From the IMG/VR virus record IMGVR_UViG_3300048999_000191: DNA of 64,000 nucleotides; one strand, written 5' to 3'. The notes beneath the pieces were generated by a model, which worked only from the letters and a program-made list of their open reading frames with translations, ran no database searches and was not told the origin of the DNA. The position numbers and the translations under genes were made by a program. This DNA comes from a virus. Below, piece by piece: positions 27,595 through 36,323 of this stretch; within the stretch, counting starts at the first letter, position 1, and each line of letters begins with the position of its first letter.

Positions 27595-30510
27595 TCACGC
27601 CCCGATCATGAAGGTGTTCGGCGCCTTGGCAATGATGCGCGAGGAGTGGAACACGGGGTACTCGCTGTTGCCGAAGGTCGCATCGATCGCCCGGCCGCCG
27701 GAGGCGTAGAGCGAGAGCTGGCTGTTCGCCGTCCACGGCGACATCTGGGCCATGGCGTAGTTGGTCCCATCGTCGGTGGAAGTCAGGAACCGGACGTTGT
27801 CCACGCCAGGTACATTGTGGACAGTCTGGAGAACATCGGAAACCTGAAGTGACGCGCCGAAGCCGAGGCTGGAGCACAGGGCGCTCAGCGCGATATCGAT
27901 GTTCGTGTTCACCGAGCTGGCCTCGTACGCGCGGTCATAGACGATGGCGAAGTGGAATTTGACCATGCGGCGCAGCCCGCAATGGGTCTGCGCGTCGGTG
28001 CCGACCAGCCGCCACAGAGCGATGTTGTCCTGCACATCGCGGGCGATCCGGTTGTAGTTGTAGGTGATCGCGAACACCGCGTTGTTCGGCGGTACCCGGG
28101 TGGTCTGCCAGGACAGGCCGAACAACGATCCCGGGCTCATCCCGAAGGCGTCTTCGCGCTGGGTGATCCAGTAGTCCGAGCCCTCGGTGTAGGTCACGCC
28201 GTTGATCACCAGGGTGTCCGGCACGGCCAGCACCGGGCCGTAGGCCAGCGGGATGAAGATATTGCCCACCGGAGGCACGGGTGTAGCGGCGCTGGCCTGG
28301 GAGAAGGCCTGGTTGTAGTACGGGTCGTTGAACCCGGAGGTGAACAGCCGTGAGTTCGAGAAGCTCACGCTCTGCGTGGCGACATCGGCGATCGTGCCGT
28401 TGATCCACACGTCGACCCGGTTGTTGATCCCGCCCTTGGCGAAGCGGGTGTTGGCCGGGTCGTTGCGTGAGGCTCTCGGCACGTACTCGAAGTCGAGATC
28501 GTAGATCCCGTCCGGCATGCCGGTCAGCGCGGTCAGTGCCGCAGTGGCGCTGGTCCCGTTGGTCGGGTTCGACGGCGTGAAGGTGAAGTTCGTGCCCTGG
28601 GTGAGCAGGTTCCCCGCGTCGATGTCGGCGCCGCAGTAGACGTTGTCCGGGAAGATGTAGGCCGCCCGGAGCACGGTGCTCGCCGCCGTCCCCGCCACCA
28701 CCTGGATCTGCTCGCGGTAGCGCTTCGAGGACCCGAGCACGTTCACCTGCGTCACCGCGCGGGTGTTCGGCATCGTGGGGTCCTGGGGCGTTGCCAGGGC
28801 GATCGCCTGGTACATGCTCTGGGTCCCCGCCAGCGAGCGGAAGACGGTGTTCCGGAAGCGCGTGCGCAGGTCGGCGTCGGACTCCTGGTTCGAGCCGCCG
28901 GAGAGCGGGCCCGCGTTCACCACCTTGGCGATGCCGGAGACGGCCGTGGCCACGGTGACCAGCATCCCGGCCGCGACGTTGCCGCTCGTGCCCGCCACGA
29001 CCGCCTGAACCGGCACGTCGGCGGTCAGCTGCCCGGGGCTCATCACGGCGGACACGGTGGTCATCACGTAGATGATCGGGTTCGTCTGGGCGACCACCTG
29101 CGTGCCGGGCGGGATGACCAGGGCCGTGGTGGCGGCGAACTGGTCGTTCGGCCGGGTGAAGGTGACCACGCCCTGCGACCGGGACGACGGGATCCGCGTG
29201 ATGCCGAACAGTGCGCAGTTGTGTGCCGCCATGCCGCCGAGCAGCGTGTAGGAGTTGTCCACGTCGACTTCGAGGTTGTGAACGGTCCCCTGGTAGGCGA
29301 CCAGCCTGTGCTCGGCGATAGCGTGGCCCAGCATCCCGTCGAGGATTACCCCGGCAGGAGCGTATGCGCCGCGAGCCAGCTCCGGCGTCGTCTCCCTGGT
29401 GATTTCCGCGATGCGCCGCGCGTACTCGCCCCGCGCCGTGAGCCGGTAGGCGGTCCGCTTGCCTGCGCCGCCTTCCTTCACGTCCATCCGCGTGAAGATC
29501 TTCTTCCGCAGCAGCAGCGCACGGATCTGGTAGACGAGTGCCGGGGACGTCGTGACGAAGTCGGCGACGGTGTCTGTGGTCGAGACGTGGCCGTCGCCTT
29601 GCCAGACGGCGGCCAGCAGGTCGGTGAGGTCGCTGCCGGACCAGAACACTTCCCAGGGGATGTGCTTGTCCGCGCAGCCGTGGCCCAGTAAGCTCCGCAG
29701 TTTTGCGGCGAACTTCTTGCTGAAGACCGTCAGCTGCCGCTCGCCGGAGTTGGGCTTGCTGTGGCTGACCCGGGCGAAGCCCCATTCGCTCTTGATCAGC
29801 TCTTCGATCGTCTCGTGGTACTCGGTCTCGTGTTCGGCCAGCGAAAAGACGATGCGCCCGCACTCAGTGGTCGAGCCCTCGGCGAGAAACCAGCCGTAGA
29901 GCCGCTGAAGGTTCTTGTTCAGCTGCGAGCGCTTCGCCGGTTCCGGGGCTGCGCCCCAGACCACATCGCCCTTCCGCAGCTCTCCGGCGGCGATCCATTC
30001 TCGGCGGACGTGCTCCGTGGACCACCGGGCCCGCGAGCCCGTCCCGCGCAGCGCGAAAGAGCGCACGCCCTTAGCCGGGATGAGCCATTCCCGCTTGGTG
30101 GCGAGCAGCGGATGGTTGCCCGTCATGGACACCGATGGCTGGCCCAGCGGGCGCATCGTCACGATGTCCTCGTCCACGCAGCGGACCGACGAAGCAAGCA
30201 CCGTCCGGTGCTTGCCCGTGTGCGAGATCACCGTCTCACCAGGCCCGACCTCTTCGATCGGACGCGGGCCGTCGGCAGTCACGACAAGCGTGCCCGGGAC
30301 GAAGCAGAAGTCGTCGAGATCGCCGCCGGATTTCGAGTCGATGTCGTACTGGTACTGGATCAGGTGCGAGTCCGAGTAGGCCTCGGCGATCGACTCCGAG
30401 ACGGCGTCGATCAGCTTCCGGGCCACGGTGCCTACGGAGACATCCAGGTCCGGCTCGGCGGCGTTGAGCGCAGCGACCATCTTGGCCGCCACGTCGCCGG
30501 TCGAAGTCAT
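27595..30510 (-). CDS. Baseplate J-like protein with intein
   Basis: Exteins join as SGGDLDDF|CALFGITR; VQAVVAGTSGNVAAG, GGSNQESDADLRTR, VPGVDNV. Confidence 0.88.
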   Translation of the reverse strand: MTSTGDVAAKMVAALNAAEPDLDVSVGTVARKLIDAVSESIAEAYSDSHLIQYQYDIDSKSGGDLDDFCFVPGTLVVTADGPRPIEEVGPGETVISHTGKHRTVLASSVRCVDEDIVTMRPLGQPSVSMTGNHPLLATKREWLIPAKGVRSFALRGTGSRARWSTEHVRREWIAAGELRKGDVVWGAAPEPAKRSQLNKNLQRLYGWFLAEGSTTECGRIVFSLAEHETEYHETIEELIKSEWGFARVSHSKPNSGERQLTVFSKKFAAKLRSLLGHGCADKHIPWEVFWSGSDLTDLLAAVWQGDGHVSTTDTVADFVTTSPALVYQIRALLLRKKIFTRMDVKEGGAGKRTAYRLTARGEYARRIAEITRETTPELARGAYAPAGVILDGMLGHAIAEHRLVAYQGTVHNLEVDVDNSYTLLGGMAAHNCALFGITRIPSSRSQGVVTFTRPNDQFAATTALVIPPGTQVVAQTNPIIYVMTTVSAVMSPGQLTADVPVQAVVAGTSGNVAAGMLVTVATAVSGIAKVVNAGPLSGGSNQESDADLRTRFRNTVFRSLAGTQSMYQAIALATPQDPTMPNTRAVTQVNVLGSSKRYREQIQVVAGTAASTVLRAAYIFPDNVYCGADIDAGNLLTQGTNFTFTPSNPTNGTSATAALTALTGMPDGIYDLDFEYVPRASRNDPANTRFAKGGINNRVDVWINGTIADVATQSVSFSNSRLFTSGFNDPYYNQAFSQASAATPVPPVGNIFIPLAYGPVLAVPDTLVINGVTYTEGSDYWITQREDAFGMSPGSLFGLSWQTTRVPPNNAVFAITYNYNRIARDVQDNIALWRLVGTDAQTHCGLRRMVKFHFAIVYDRAYEASSVNTNIDIALSALCSSLGFGASLQVSDVLQTVHNVPGVDNVRFLTSTDDGTNYAMAQMSPWTANSQLSLYASGGRAIDATFGNSEYPVFHSSRIIAKAPNTFMIGA
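29218..30306 (-). mobile_element. Class-1 intein with LAGLIDADG endonuclease (363 aa) in baseplate J
   Basis: CFVPGTLV start, MTGNHP block B, GWFLAEG and AAVWQGDG motifs, TVHNLEV block F, AAHN/C end. Confidence 0.92.
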
Positions 30511-30878
30511 CCGCGTTCCTCTTCAGCTCGGTTGTTCGGCCAGTTCCGGTGATCAGAGGAGGAACCCGGCGGCCGGTTGAAGTCGGCCGGGCACGGCAGC
30601 TCCTTCCTGGTGAAGCTGTAGCTCTCCCCGCCGATCTTCTCCGTCTTCGGCTCGTGGCCGGTGAACGCGATCCCCCACAACTCGCGGAGCTTCTGCCAGT
30701 CCGGGTACAGGTCACACGCCCAGCAGATGCCAGGTTCGTGCAAAATCCGCTGGTCACAGTGCGGCGCGAAGGACCGGCCGTCCTCCAGCGTCTGCCGGGC
30801 GGCGGCCAATTCCGAGGGCGCCACGGTGGTCCCGGGAGGAAGCTGTTCGGGCTGCTCAGCCCGCTTGAGAAACCTCAT
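30507..30878 (-). CDS. Small Cys/His-containing hypothetical protein (123 aa)
   Basis: ATGA overlaps at both ends; PHCD..ILH....CWACD...CPAD. Confidence 0.6.
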   Translation of the reverse strand: MRFLKRAEQPEQLPPGTTVAPSELAAARQTLEDGRSFAPHCDQRILHEPGICWACDLYPDWQKLRELWGIAFTGHEPKTEKIGGESYSFTRKELPCPADFNRPPGSSSDHRNWPNNRAEEERG

Positions 30879-31309
30879 GAGGGAGTCACCTGCCGGGAGA
30901 TGGTCACGCTCTCGCGCGAGAGGGTGGTGAGGGTCGCCGTGATGTAGATCGTGTCGAGCACGGACCGGGCGGCCACGTTGTCGACGGACTGGACGACGTC
31001 GGAGGTGTCGTAGCGTCCCTGCACGTCGACCACGGTGTCCCGGATGACCTCGTTCTGCTGGATGACCAGGTAGTTCTGGAGGACCCGGTTCACCTCCGCA
31101 CGCACCAGCTGCATGATGTCCGCCGAAAGGACCTGGCCCAGGTAGGCCTGCACGATCGAGCCGTAGGTGGGGTGGAAGCGGTCGGTGCCGTACTCCTCGG
31201 TCAGCCCGAGCGTCAGGTCCTGCTTGATCCGCTGGGCGCCCGAGTACGTCAGATAGCCGCCATTGGTCCCGATGGCGAGATCCCCGTTGATGAGAGCGAT
31301 CGTCCTGAT
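30875..31309 (-). CDS. Baseplate wedge gp25/gpW-like protein, apparent ATC start
   Basis: IRTIALINGDL...RIKQDL...GTDRFHPTYGS; GGAGGT RBS 5 nt before ATC. Confidence 0.7.
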   Translation of the reverse strand: MRTIALINGDLAIGTNGGYLTYSGAQRIKQDLTLGLTEEYGTDRFHPTYGSIVQAYLGQVLSADIMQLVRAEVNRVLQNYLVIQQNEVIRDTVVDVQGRYDTSDVVQSVDNVAARSVLDTIYITATLTTLSRESVTISRQVTPS

Positions 31310-31334
31310 GGCGCACCTCCCTTCCCGGCTACTA

Positions 31335-31363
31335 GTTGGGCTGGAGGCGACGGGCCCCGACAG
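31335..31363 (-). promoter_or_regulatory. Putative late promoter motif
   Basis: CTGTC-N19-CCAAC. Confidence 0.65.
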
Positions 31364-31365
31364 GC

Positions 31366-32208
31366 TTAAGGAGGCGTCAACCCGACGTCCTTCACGCTGA
31401 GATAGCGGCCCTGACCTCCGTAGAAGGTGATCGAGGCCGAAGTGGAGCCGGAGTTGGCAGCGATGCCGAATGCGCGGGTCTCCGTGGTCACCGCGTCGAA
31501 GACCGCACTCAGGATGATGATCTCCTGGGTGGCGTTGTAGACCCGGATGCCCGAGCCTCGGATGCTCGGCGAGGCGTTGGTCACCGAGGTCGTCGCACTG
31601 AGGAGACTGGCCTGGCCGTTCGGCGGCCCGGCGGACAGCGACCCGGCCTGGTTGCAGTGCCAGTTGATCTCGTAGGAGCGCCCGGCCACGACCGGCACGG
31701 CCAGCGACTCCAGCATGATGGGCGTGGGGCTGACGACGGTGACGTCCGTGGGAAACCGGACGATCTTCAACAGACCCCTGGGCAGGGCGTTCGCCTGCGT
31801 CTGGAGCGCGGCCACCTGTGCCTGGAGGGTCGTCACGCTGGGCGGGATGCGCTCGACCCAGGCCGAACCATTCCAGTACCAGATCGAGTAGGTGTCGAGC
31901 TGGTAGACGGCCAGGTTGACGAACGGGTTCTTGATCGCCAGTCGCTCGGCGGAGTTGCCCACCATGAGCACCGGATTAACCGGGTCGCCGCCGATGATCG
32001 CGGCGAAGGTCCAATCGGCCCCGTAGGCCATGTCGAGGATCCACCGCTCGCCGGGCATCGGGGGCAGCGCGTGCGCCCTGAGTACGTCCCTGGCGACCGG
32101 GAACGACTTGCCGGTGTGGTCGGACCGGACGTAGGCCGTGTTGCCGTCCACGGACAGCACGGTGACGGCCTGGATGCTCAGGCCCTGGATCGGCATGGCG
32201 CCGGTCAC
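31366..32208 (-). CDS. Baseplate spike/minor tail protein
   Basis: N-terminal OB-like VLSVDG...PMPGERW; GTGA coupling to hub gene. Confidence 0.55.
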   Translation of the reverse strand: MTGAMPIQGLSIQAVTVLSVDGNTAYVRSDHTGKSFPVARDVLRAHALPPMPGERWILDMAYGADWTFAAIIGGDPVNPVLMVGNSAERLAIKNPFVNLAVYQLDTYSIWYWNGSAWVERIPPSVTTLQAQVAALQTQANALPRGLLKIVRFPTDVTVVSPTPIMLESLAVPVVAGRSYEINWHCNQAGSLSAGPPNGQASLLSATTSVTNASPSIRGSGIRVYNATQEIIILSAVFDAVTTETRAFGIAANSGSTSASITFYGGQGRYLSVKDVGLTPP

Positions 32209-34811
32209 GAGGCACCTCGCGGGGTCTTGTTGGCCGGTTCGAGATCCTGACGGACGACGTTGTAACGCTTCCCGCCCAGCGGCAGCAGACCGAACACGTC
32301 GTTGGTCTTCTGGCTGATCCGGCTCGGCGCGCACACGCTGGCCGAGGTCCGGAAGTAGCCGTCCTCGCCGGTCTTGAAGCTGTGGTTCACCTCGGTGATG
32401 TAGGCCTGGAAGTTGAACTCGGGCAGCCGCAGGATCATCCCCGGCCACAGCTCGGGCATCCAGGTCATCGGGATGTTCGCCGAGAACTGGTCAGCCCACT
32501 TGCGCATGAACAGAAACAGGGCCAGGAAGAACTCCGGCAGGCCCTGTTTCACGGTCGGCAGGGTGACGGTGTTCGGCCGGGCGCCGAAACGGCCGAGGAA
32601 CTCGTCCAGGAACTGCTGGCTGGCATCCTGGCCGAAGATCGCCCGGAAGATCTGCGGGAACTCCATGGTGGCGATGCCCGAGCTGGTCAGCTGCCAGGCG
32701 TATCCGCTGTTCGAGCCATTGGCGAAGGTCTGCCCGCTGGTGTTGATCGAGTTCGTGATGCCTGCCGGGACGCCAATGACGTACTGGTGGGTAACCGTCT
32801 GGAGGTCCGACCAGGTGACCGTGAAGTCCATCAGCTCGATCGAGCGGACGTCCATCTTCGCCGAGATGCCCCAGAGGTCGAAGTAGTCCGGGAACCAGGC
32901 CATGAAGTCGCCGTTGGGCGCCGAGCACCACGAGCGCATCGAGGCGGCCATGAGGTTGCCGAGGAAGGGCAGGATCGGCTGGTCGTTCATCAGCGCACGC
33001 GGACCGACGAGGATCTGCCCGGCCAGGTCCGGCACATAGCCCCAGCTGTAGACGTTGATCAAGGCATTGAATACATCGAGCGCCGAGGTGTCACTGCCGC
33101 TGCCGCTGCCCTGCGCAGCGTCCACCGACGCGCCGTCCGGCTTGAATTCGTTCTGGTCGGTGATGTTCGCCGAGTAGCCCAGCTTGCTCTGGATGAACTG
33201 AGCGGCTGCCTGCGTGGTGGCCGCGTCCGAGTAGTTCACGCCGTTGATCAGGCCGCCGTCGGTGAACCCGTTCGCCTGGACGATCGAGACCTGCTTCTCC
33301 AGCGGGATGCCATCGGTGTGCGCTCCGGCGGAGTAGCCGTTGCCCAGCGAGACCTCGACGTGGCCGGTGCCGACGAACAGCAGCGCGCCCTTGATCTGCT
33401 TGGCCATGTCGGTCGGGATGATGATGCACTTCGGTCGCTCGGTGGAGACCGTGGAGCGCGGATTGACCCAGGGCTTGCCCACTGCCCGGAAGTAGGCGAC
33501 GTCCACAAAGGACGAACAGTCGAGCACCTTCGGGTCCGGTGAGTTGTAGGGGTCGTCGCCACCGAGGGAGTACCGGATGTGCCCGGCCGGGTTCCCCTTG
33601 ATCAGGTTGTAGGCCTGCGCGGCCACGTTTCGGCCGGTGGCTCCCTGTGGTTTCCCGATGGCCGTCGTCGAGCCGATAGTGCTGCCCGCACCGGAGCCCA
33701 CGATGGCGTTCCCGGCTTCAGTGGAGGTCTTCTGGATCGCCGTCACGATCGCCTCGGCGGCCGTCTCCTGCTTGGCGTACTTGTCCGGGAAGGCCGAACG
33801 CTGAACGGCTTGGCAGGTCAGTCCGAAGTCGGCCGTCTTGTAGTTCGGCACCTTCACCAGCCGGTCAAAGAAGCTGCCCGACGCGTGCGCGACGTCCGTG
33901 CACTCGGCCACGGTGCCCCAGCCCTGACTCGGCCGCTGCTGGAAGACGCCCACCGAGTCGCGGTCGCCGCCCTGGAGGTTCTTCAGCCGGGACTCCACAA
34001 TGCCGGTCGCGATCCCCTGGGCGGCCGCACGCGGCTCCAACCCTCGGTCGGCAGCCACGTTGTAGATGATCGAGGCGTTCTTCGCCTGGTCCGCGTCGAG
34101 CGCCATCCCACCGTAGGTGCCCGGCCCTACCTGGCCGTGCGCCAGGCTGCCGCCGGAGAGCCCCGAGCCGCCGGAGAGGCCGTTGCCCATCGAGCCGATG
34201 AGGTTCGAGTAGTCGCTGGCCTTGATGATCTCGTCACCCACCTGGGTGGCGAAGGTGAACCAGTCGTCGGGGATCGCTCCAATGTGGACCTTCTCTTTCG
34301 GCCAGCGCACCACCTCCGCCAGGATGCTCAGGGTGAGGTCGCGCATGCCGCCGTCGCCGGTGGGCTGGCCCGCGTTCGCCTGCTGGTCGCTCGCGATCCC
34401 CGAGGTCTTCGAGCCGACCTTCTGGATCAGGTTCGCCGACTCCTGGGCGCCGGAGTCCCAGTACCAGTACTGGAGCCGTTTCAGGGTGCAGCTGGCCGAG
34501 AGGTCGAGCACGCGCGGCCAGACGGAGAAGACCGGGCCGTTGTTCATGTACCCGGAGAACACGCGCAGCGGCTGCCCGATGCGCTGCATGGACACGACGA
34601 TCCGGTCCATCGGCCTGATCAGGCCGTCGTACTTCCGCTGGGTGTTCTGGAGCTGGAAGGCAAAGGTGTGCACGCCCTCGGTGCGCAGCTTCATGTCGCC
34701 GCCGGTGAGGTCCTCGGAGATGTCCAGGACCTGCTCGACGCCCTTCTTGTTAATCACGGAGATGAAGGCAAACACCCGGGGCTGATAAATGAGAGTGGAA
34801 ATCGTTATCAC
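32205..34811 (-). CDS. Baseplate hub / tail-associated lysin with transglycosylase-like and NlpC/P60 domains
   Basis: VESRL..L.GGDRDSVGVFQQRPSQGWG...VQRSAFP; YSLGG...DCSSFV...GHVEVSLGNG...AH. Confidence 0.8.
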   Translation of the reverse strand: MITISTLIYQPRVFAFISVINKKGVEQVLDISEDLTGGDMKLRTEGVHTFAFQLQNTQRKYDGLIRPMDRIVVSMQRIGQPLRVFSGYMNNGPVFSVWPRVLDLSASCTLKRLQYWYWDSGAQESANLIQKVGSKTSGIASDQQANAGQPTGDGGMRDLTLSILAEVVRWPKEKVHIGAIPDDWFTFATQVGDEIIKASDYSNLIGSMGNGLSGGSGLSGGSLAHGQVGPGTYGGMALDADQAKNASIIYNVAADRGLEPRAAAQGIATGIVESRLKNLQGGDRDSVGVFQQRPSQGWGTVAECTDVAHASGSFFDRLVKVPNYKTADFGLTCQAVQRSAFPDKYAKQETAAEAIVTAIQKTSTEAGNAIVGSGAGSTIGSTTAIGKPQGATGRNVAAQAYNLIKGNPAGHIRYSLGGDDPYNSPDPKVLDCSSFVDVAYFRAVGKPWVNPRSTVSTERPKCIIIPTDMAKQIKGALLFVGTGHVEVSLGNGYSAGAHTDGIPLEKQVSIVQANGFTDGGLINGVNYSDAATTQAAAQFIQSKLGYSANITDQNEFKPDGASVDAAQGSGSGSDTSALDVFNALINVYSWGYVPDLAGQILVGPRALMNDQPILPFLGNLMAASMRSWCSAPNGDFMAWFPDYFDLWGISAKMDVRSIELMDFTVTWSDLQTVTHQYVIGVPAGITNSINTSGQTFANGSNSGYAWQLTSSGIATMEFPQIFRAIFGQDASQQFLDEFLGRFGARPNTVTLPTVKQGLPEFFLALFLFMRKWADQFSANIPMTWMPELWPGMILRLPEFNFQAYITEVNHSFKTGEDGYFRTSASVCAPSRISQKTNDVFGLLPLGGKRYNVVRQDLEPANKTPRGAS

Positions 34812-35419
34812 CTCGGCCCGTGAACGGGGGCGGACACATCGGTCGCCGGGGTGGGAACCAGGGTGGGCGCCGCGTCGTAGAAGGAGTTCGCCGTGGCGTT
34901 CGGGTCGTTGGTGCTCGCCGAGGCCGGGTAGAAGAACTTCGCCGCGTCGTCGGCCGCCGTCGAGCCCAGCGCGATGCCGGACACAGCCGGAACGCTCGTG
35001 TCGAGCGGGTCACTCACCGAGTCGAAGGTGATCTGCGGCATGAAGAGCATCGAGCCCGTCTGGTCCTGATCGACCACGCCGCCGGTCGGCACGCCCTGCC
35101 GCAGGAAGTTCCGCGACGGAACGTTCACCGTCATGGCCACCGAGCCGGTGTCTGCCACGGCGAGCATGTAGTTGATCAGGTACTTCGTCAGCAGTTGTAG
35201 ATGTGAATAGCCCTTCATCATGAAGGTCACCGTGAACGGGTCCACCGCTCGCTGGTGCGGATAGAAGGCTCGGTACTTGCGACCGGCCGACTCAGTGGCG
35301 ATGACCGAAAACCCATGCGACACACCGTAAGCCCATGTCTTGAAGGCATAGTTCACTCCGCTCTTCGAGTACGAGAGCGTGCAGTTGGTCTGGGTGCCGA
35401 CAACCCGGGTGGGCATCAC
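34808..35419 (-). CDS. Tail/baseplate protein
   Basis: Position between tape measure and hub; translational coupling. Confidence 0.55.
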   Translation of the reverse strand: MMPTRVVGTQTNCTLSYSKSGVNYAFKTWAYGVSHGFSVIATESAGRKYRAFYPHQRAVDPFTVTFMMKGYSHLQLLTKYLINYMLAVADTGSVAMTVNVPSRNFLRQGVPTGGVVDQDQTGSMLFMPQITFDSVSDPLDTSVPAVSGIALGSTAADDAAKFFYPASASTNDPNATANSFYDAAPTLVPTPATDVSAPVHGPR

Positions 35420-35610
35420 TCACGCTCCGGCGTGTCCAGCGGCGAGAACGTCGGGTAGAGATAGGTCTCCAGGTCGGACTGCGTGAGGTCGTGCACGAGC
35501 CCGAAGCGCGAGAAGGCGAAGCCGGACGCCGCCGGGCGCACCGGCGTTTCGGCGGGCGGGACCGGCAGGGAGACCAGCGAGTCGGATCCCCAGGAAGTGT
35601 TGCCGTCCAC
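35416..35610 (-). CDS. Small hypothetical protein
   Basis: GGAGGA RBS; overlapping start/stop codons. Confidence 0.5.
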   Translation of the reverse strand: MDGNTSWGSDSLVSLPVPPAETPVRPAASGFAFSRFGLVHDLTQSDLETYLYPTFSPLDTPERE

Positions 35611-36323
35611 TACTTTCCTCCCTGTCCGCTTGCCGCACTGGATCCAGGAACCGTGCCGGTGACGGAGTTCTGGTACTGCTGGAGGACGTAGCTGTGGATG
35701 TCGGCCGCGCCCTTGCTCTGGAGGTAGCTCGCCAGGTCGGCCGCCGTCATGAGGCCGTTGTACGGACCGCGCTTCCAGCCCAGACCCTTCGAGAGCCGGT
35801 CGATGAAGGCATTCTGGGCCACCTGGGCGAGCTTGCCGGTGTTGTCCTGCACGATGAACAGCGTCAGCGTGTAGCCGTAGGAGTACTTCCCGGTGGTGTG
35901 CGAGACCGTCGACTCACCCTCGATCTCCCGCAGGCTCTTGATGTAGACGTTGAAGTCCCAGTCGTGCACCGGGAGCCCGCGCCGGGTCGTGCTGTTCTGG
36001 TCGTTGTAGAGGAATCGCAGCGTCGGGTGCATCGGCGCCGGGTCGGTGCCGGTCAGCTGGGCCATGGTCGGCCGGGCGCTCTGCTTGTCCACAAGCTTGC
36101 CCACAGCTGTGGAGAAGTCTTCGGCCAGCTGCCAGGACTCCCGCCGGTTCGTCCGATCCTGACCGAACAGGCCCCGGATGGTCATGTCTCCGAAGGTCAC
36201 GCCGTGCACCTGCACCACGCGACCACCGACGGTCGGGGTGACGGCGACGTTCATCTTGTAGGGAATCGACACCTGGGACGGGTCGATCCGGAACCGGACG
36301 CCGCCGATGCTCGCGCTGCCCAT
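35610..36323 (-). CDS. Tail tube initiator-like protein
   Basis: Start MGSASIGGVRFRIDP at TAATG overlap with tape measure. Confidence 0.55.
   Translation of the reverse strand: MGSASIGGVRFRIDPSQVSIPYKMNVAVTPTVGGRVVQVHGVTFGDMTIRGLFGQDRTNRRESWQLAEDFSTAVGKLVDKQSARPTMAQLTGTDPAPMHPTLRFLYNDQNSTTRRGLPVHDWDFNVYIKSLREIEGESTVSHTTGKYSYGYTLTLFIVQDNTGKLAQVAQNAFIDRLSKGLGWKRGPYNGLMTAADLASYLQSKGAADIHSYVLQQYQNSVTGTVPGSSAASGQGGK

Noticed and set aside
30507-31316. 269-aa ORF as the gp25-like gene
   Set aside because: Its first half is off-frame text; the gp25-like sequence is in the 30875 frame and the real small ORF starts at 30878
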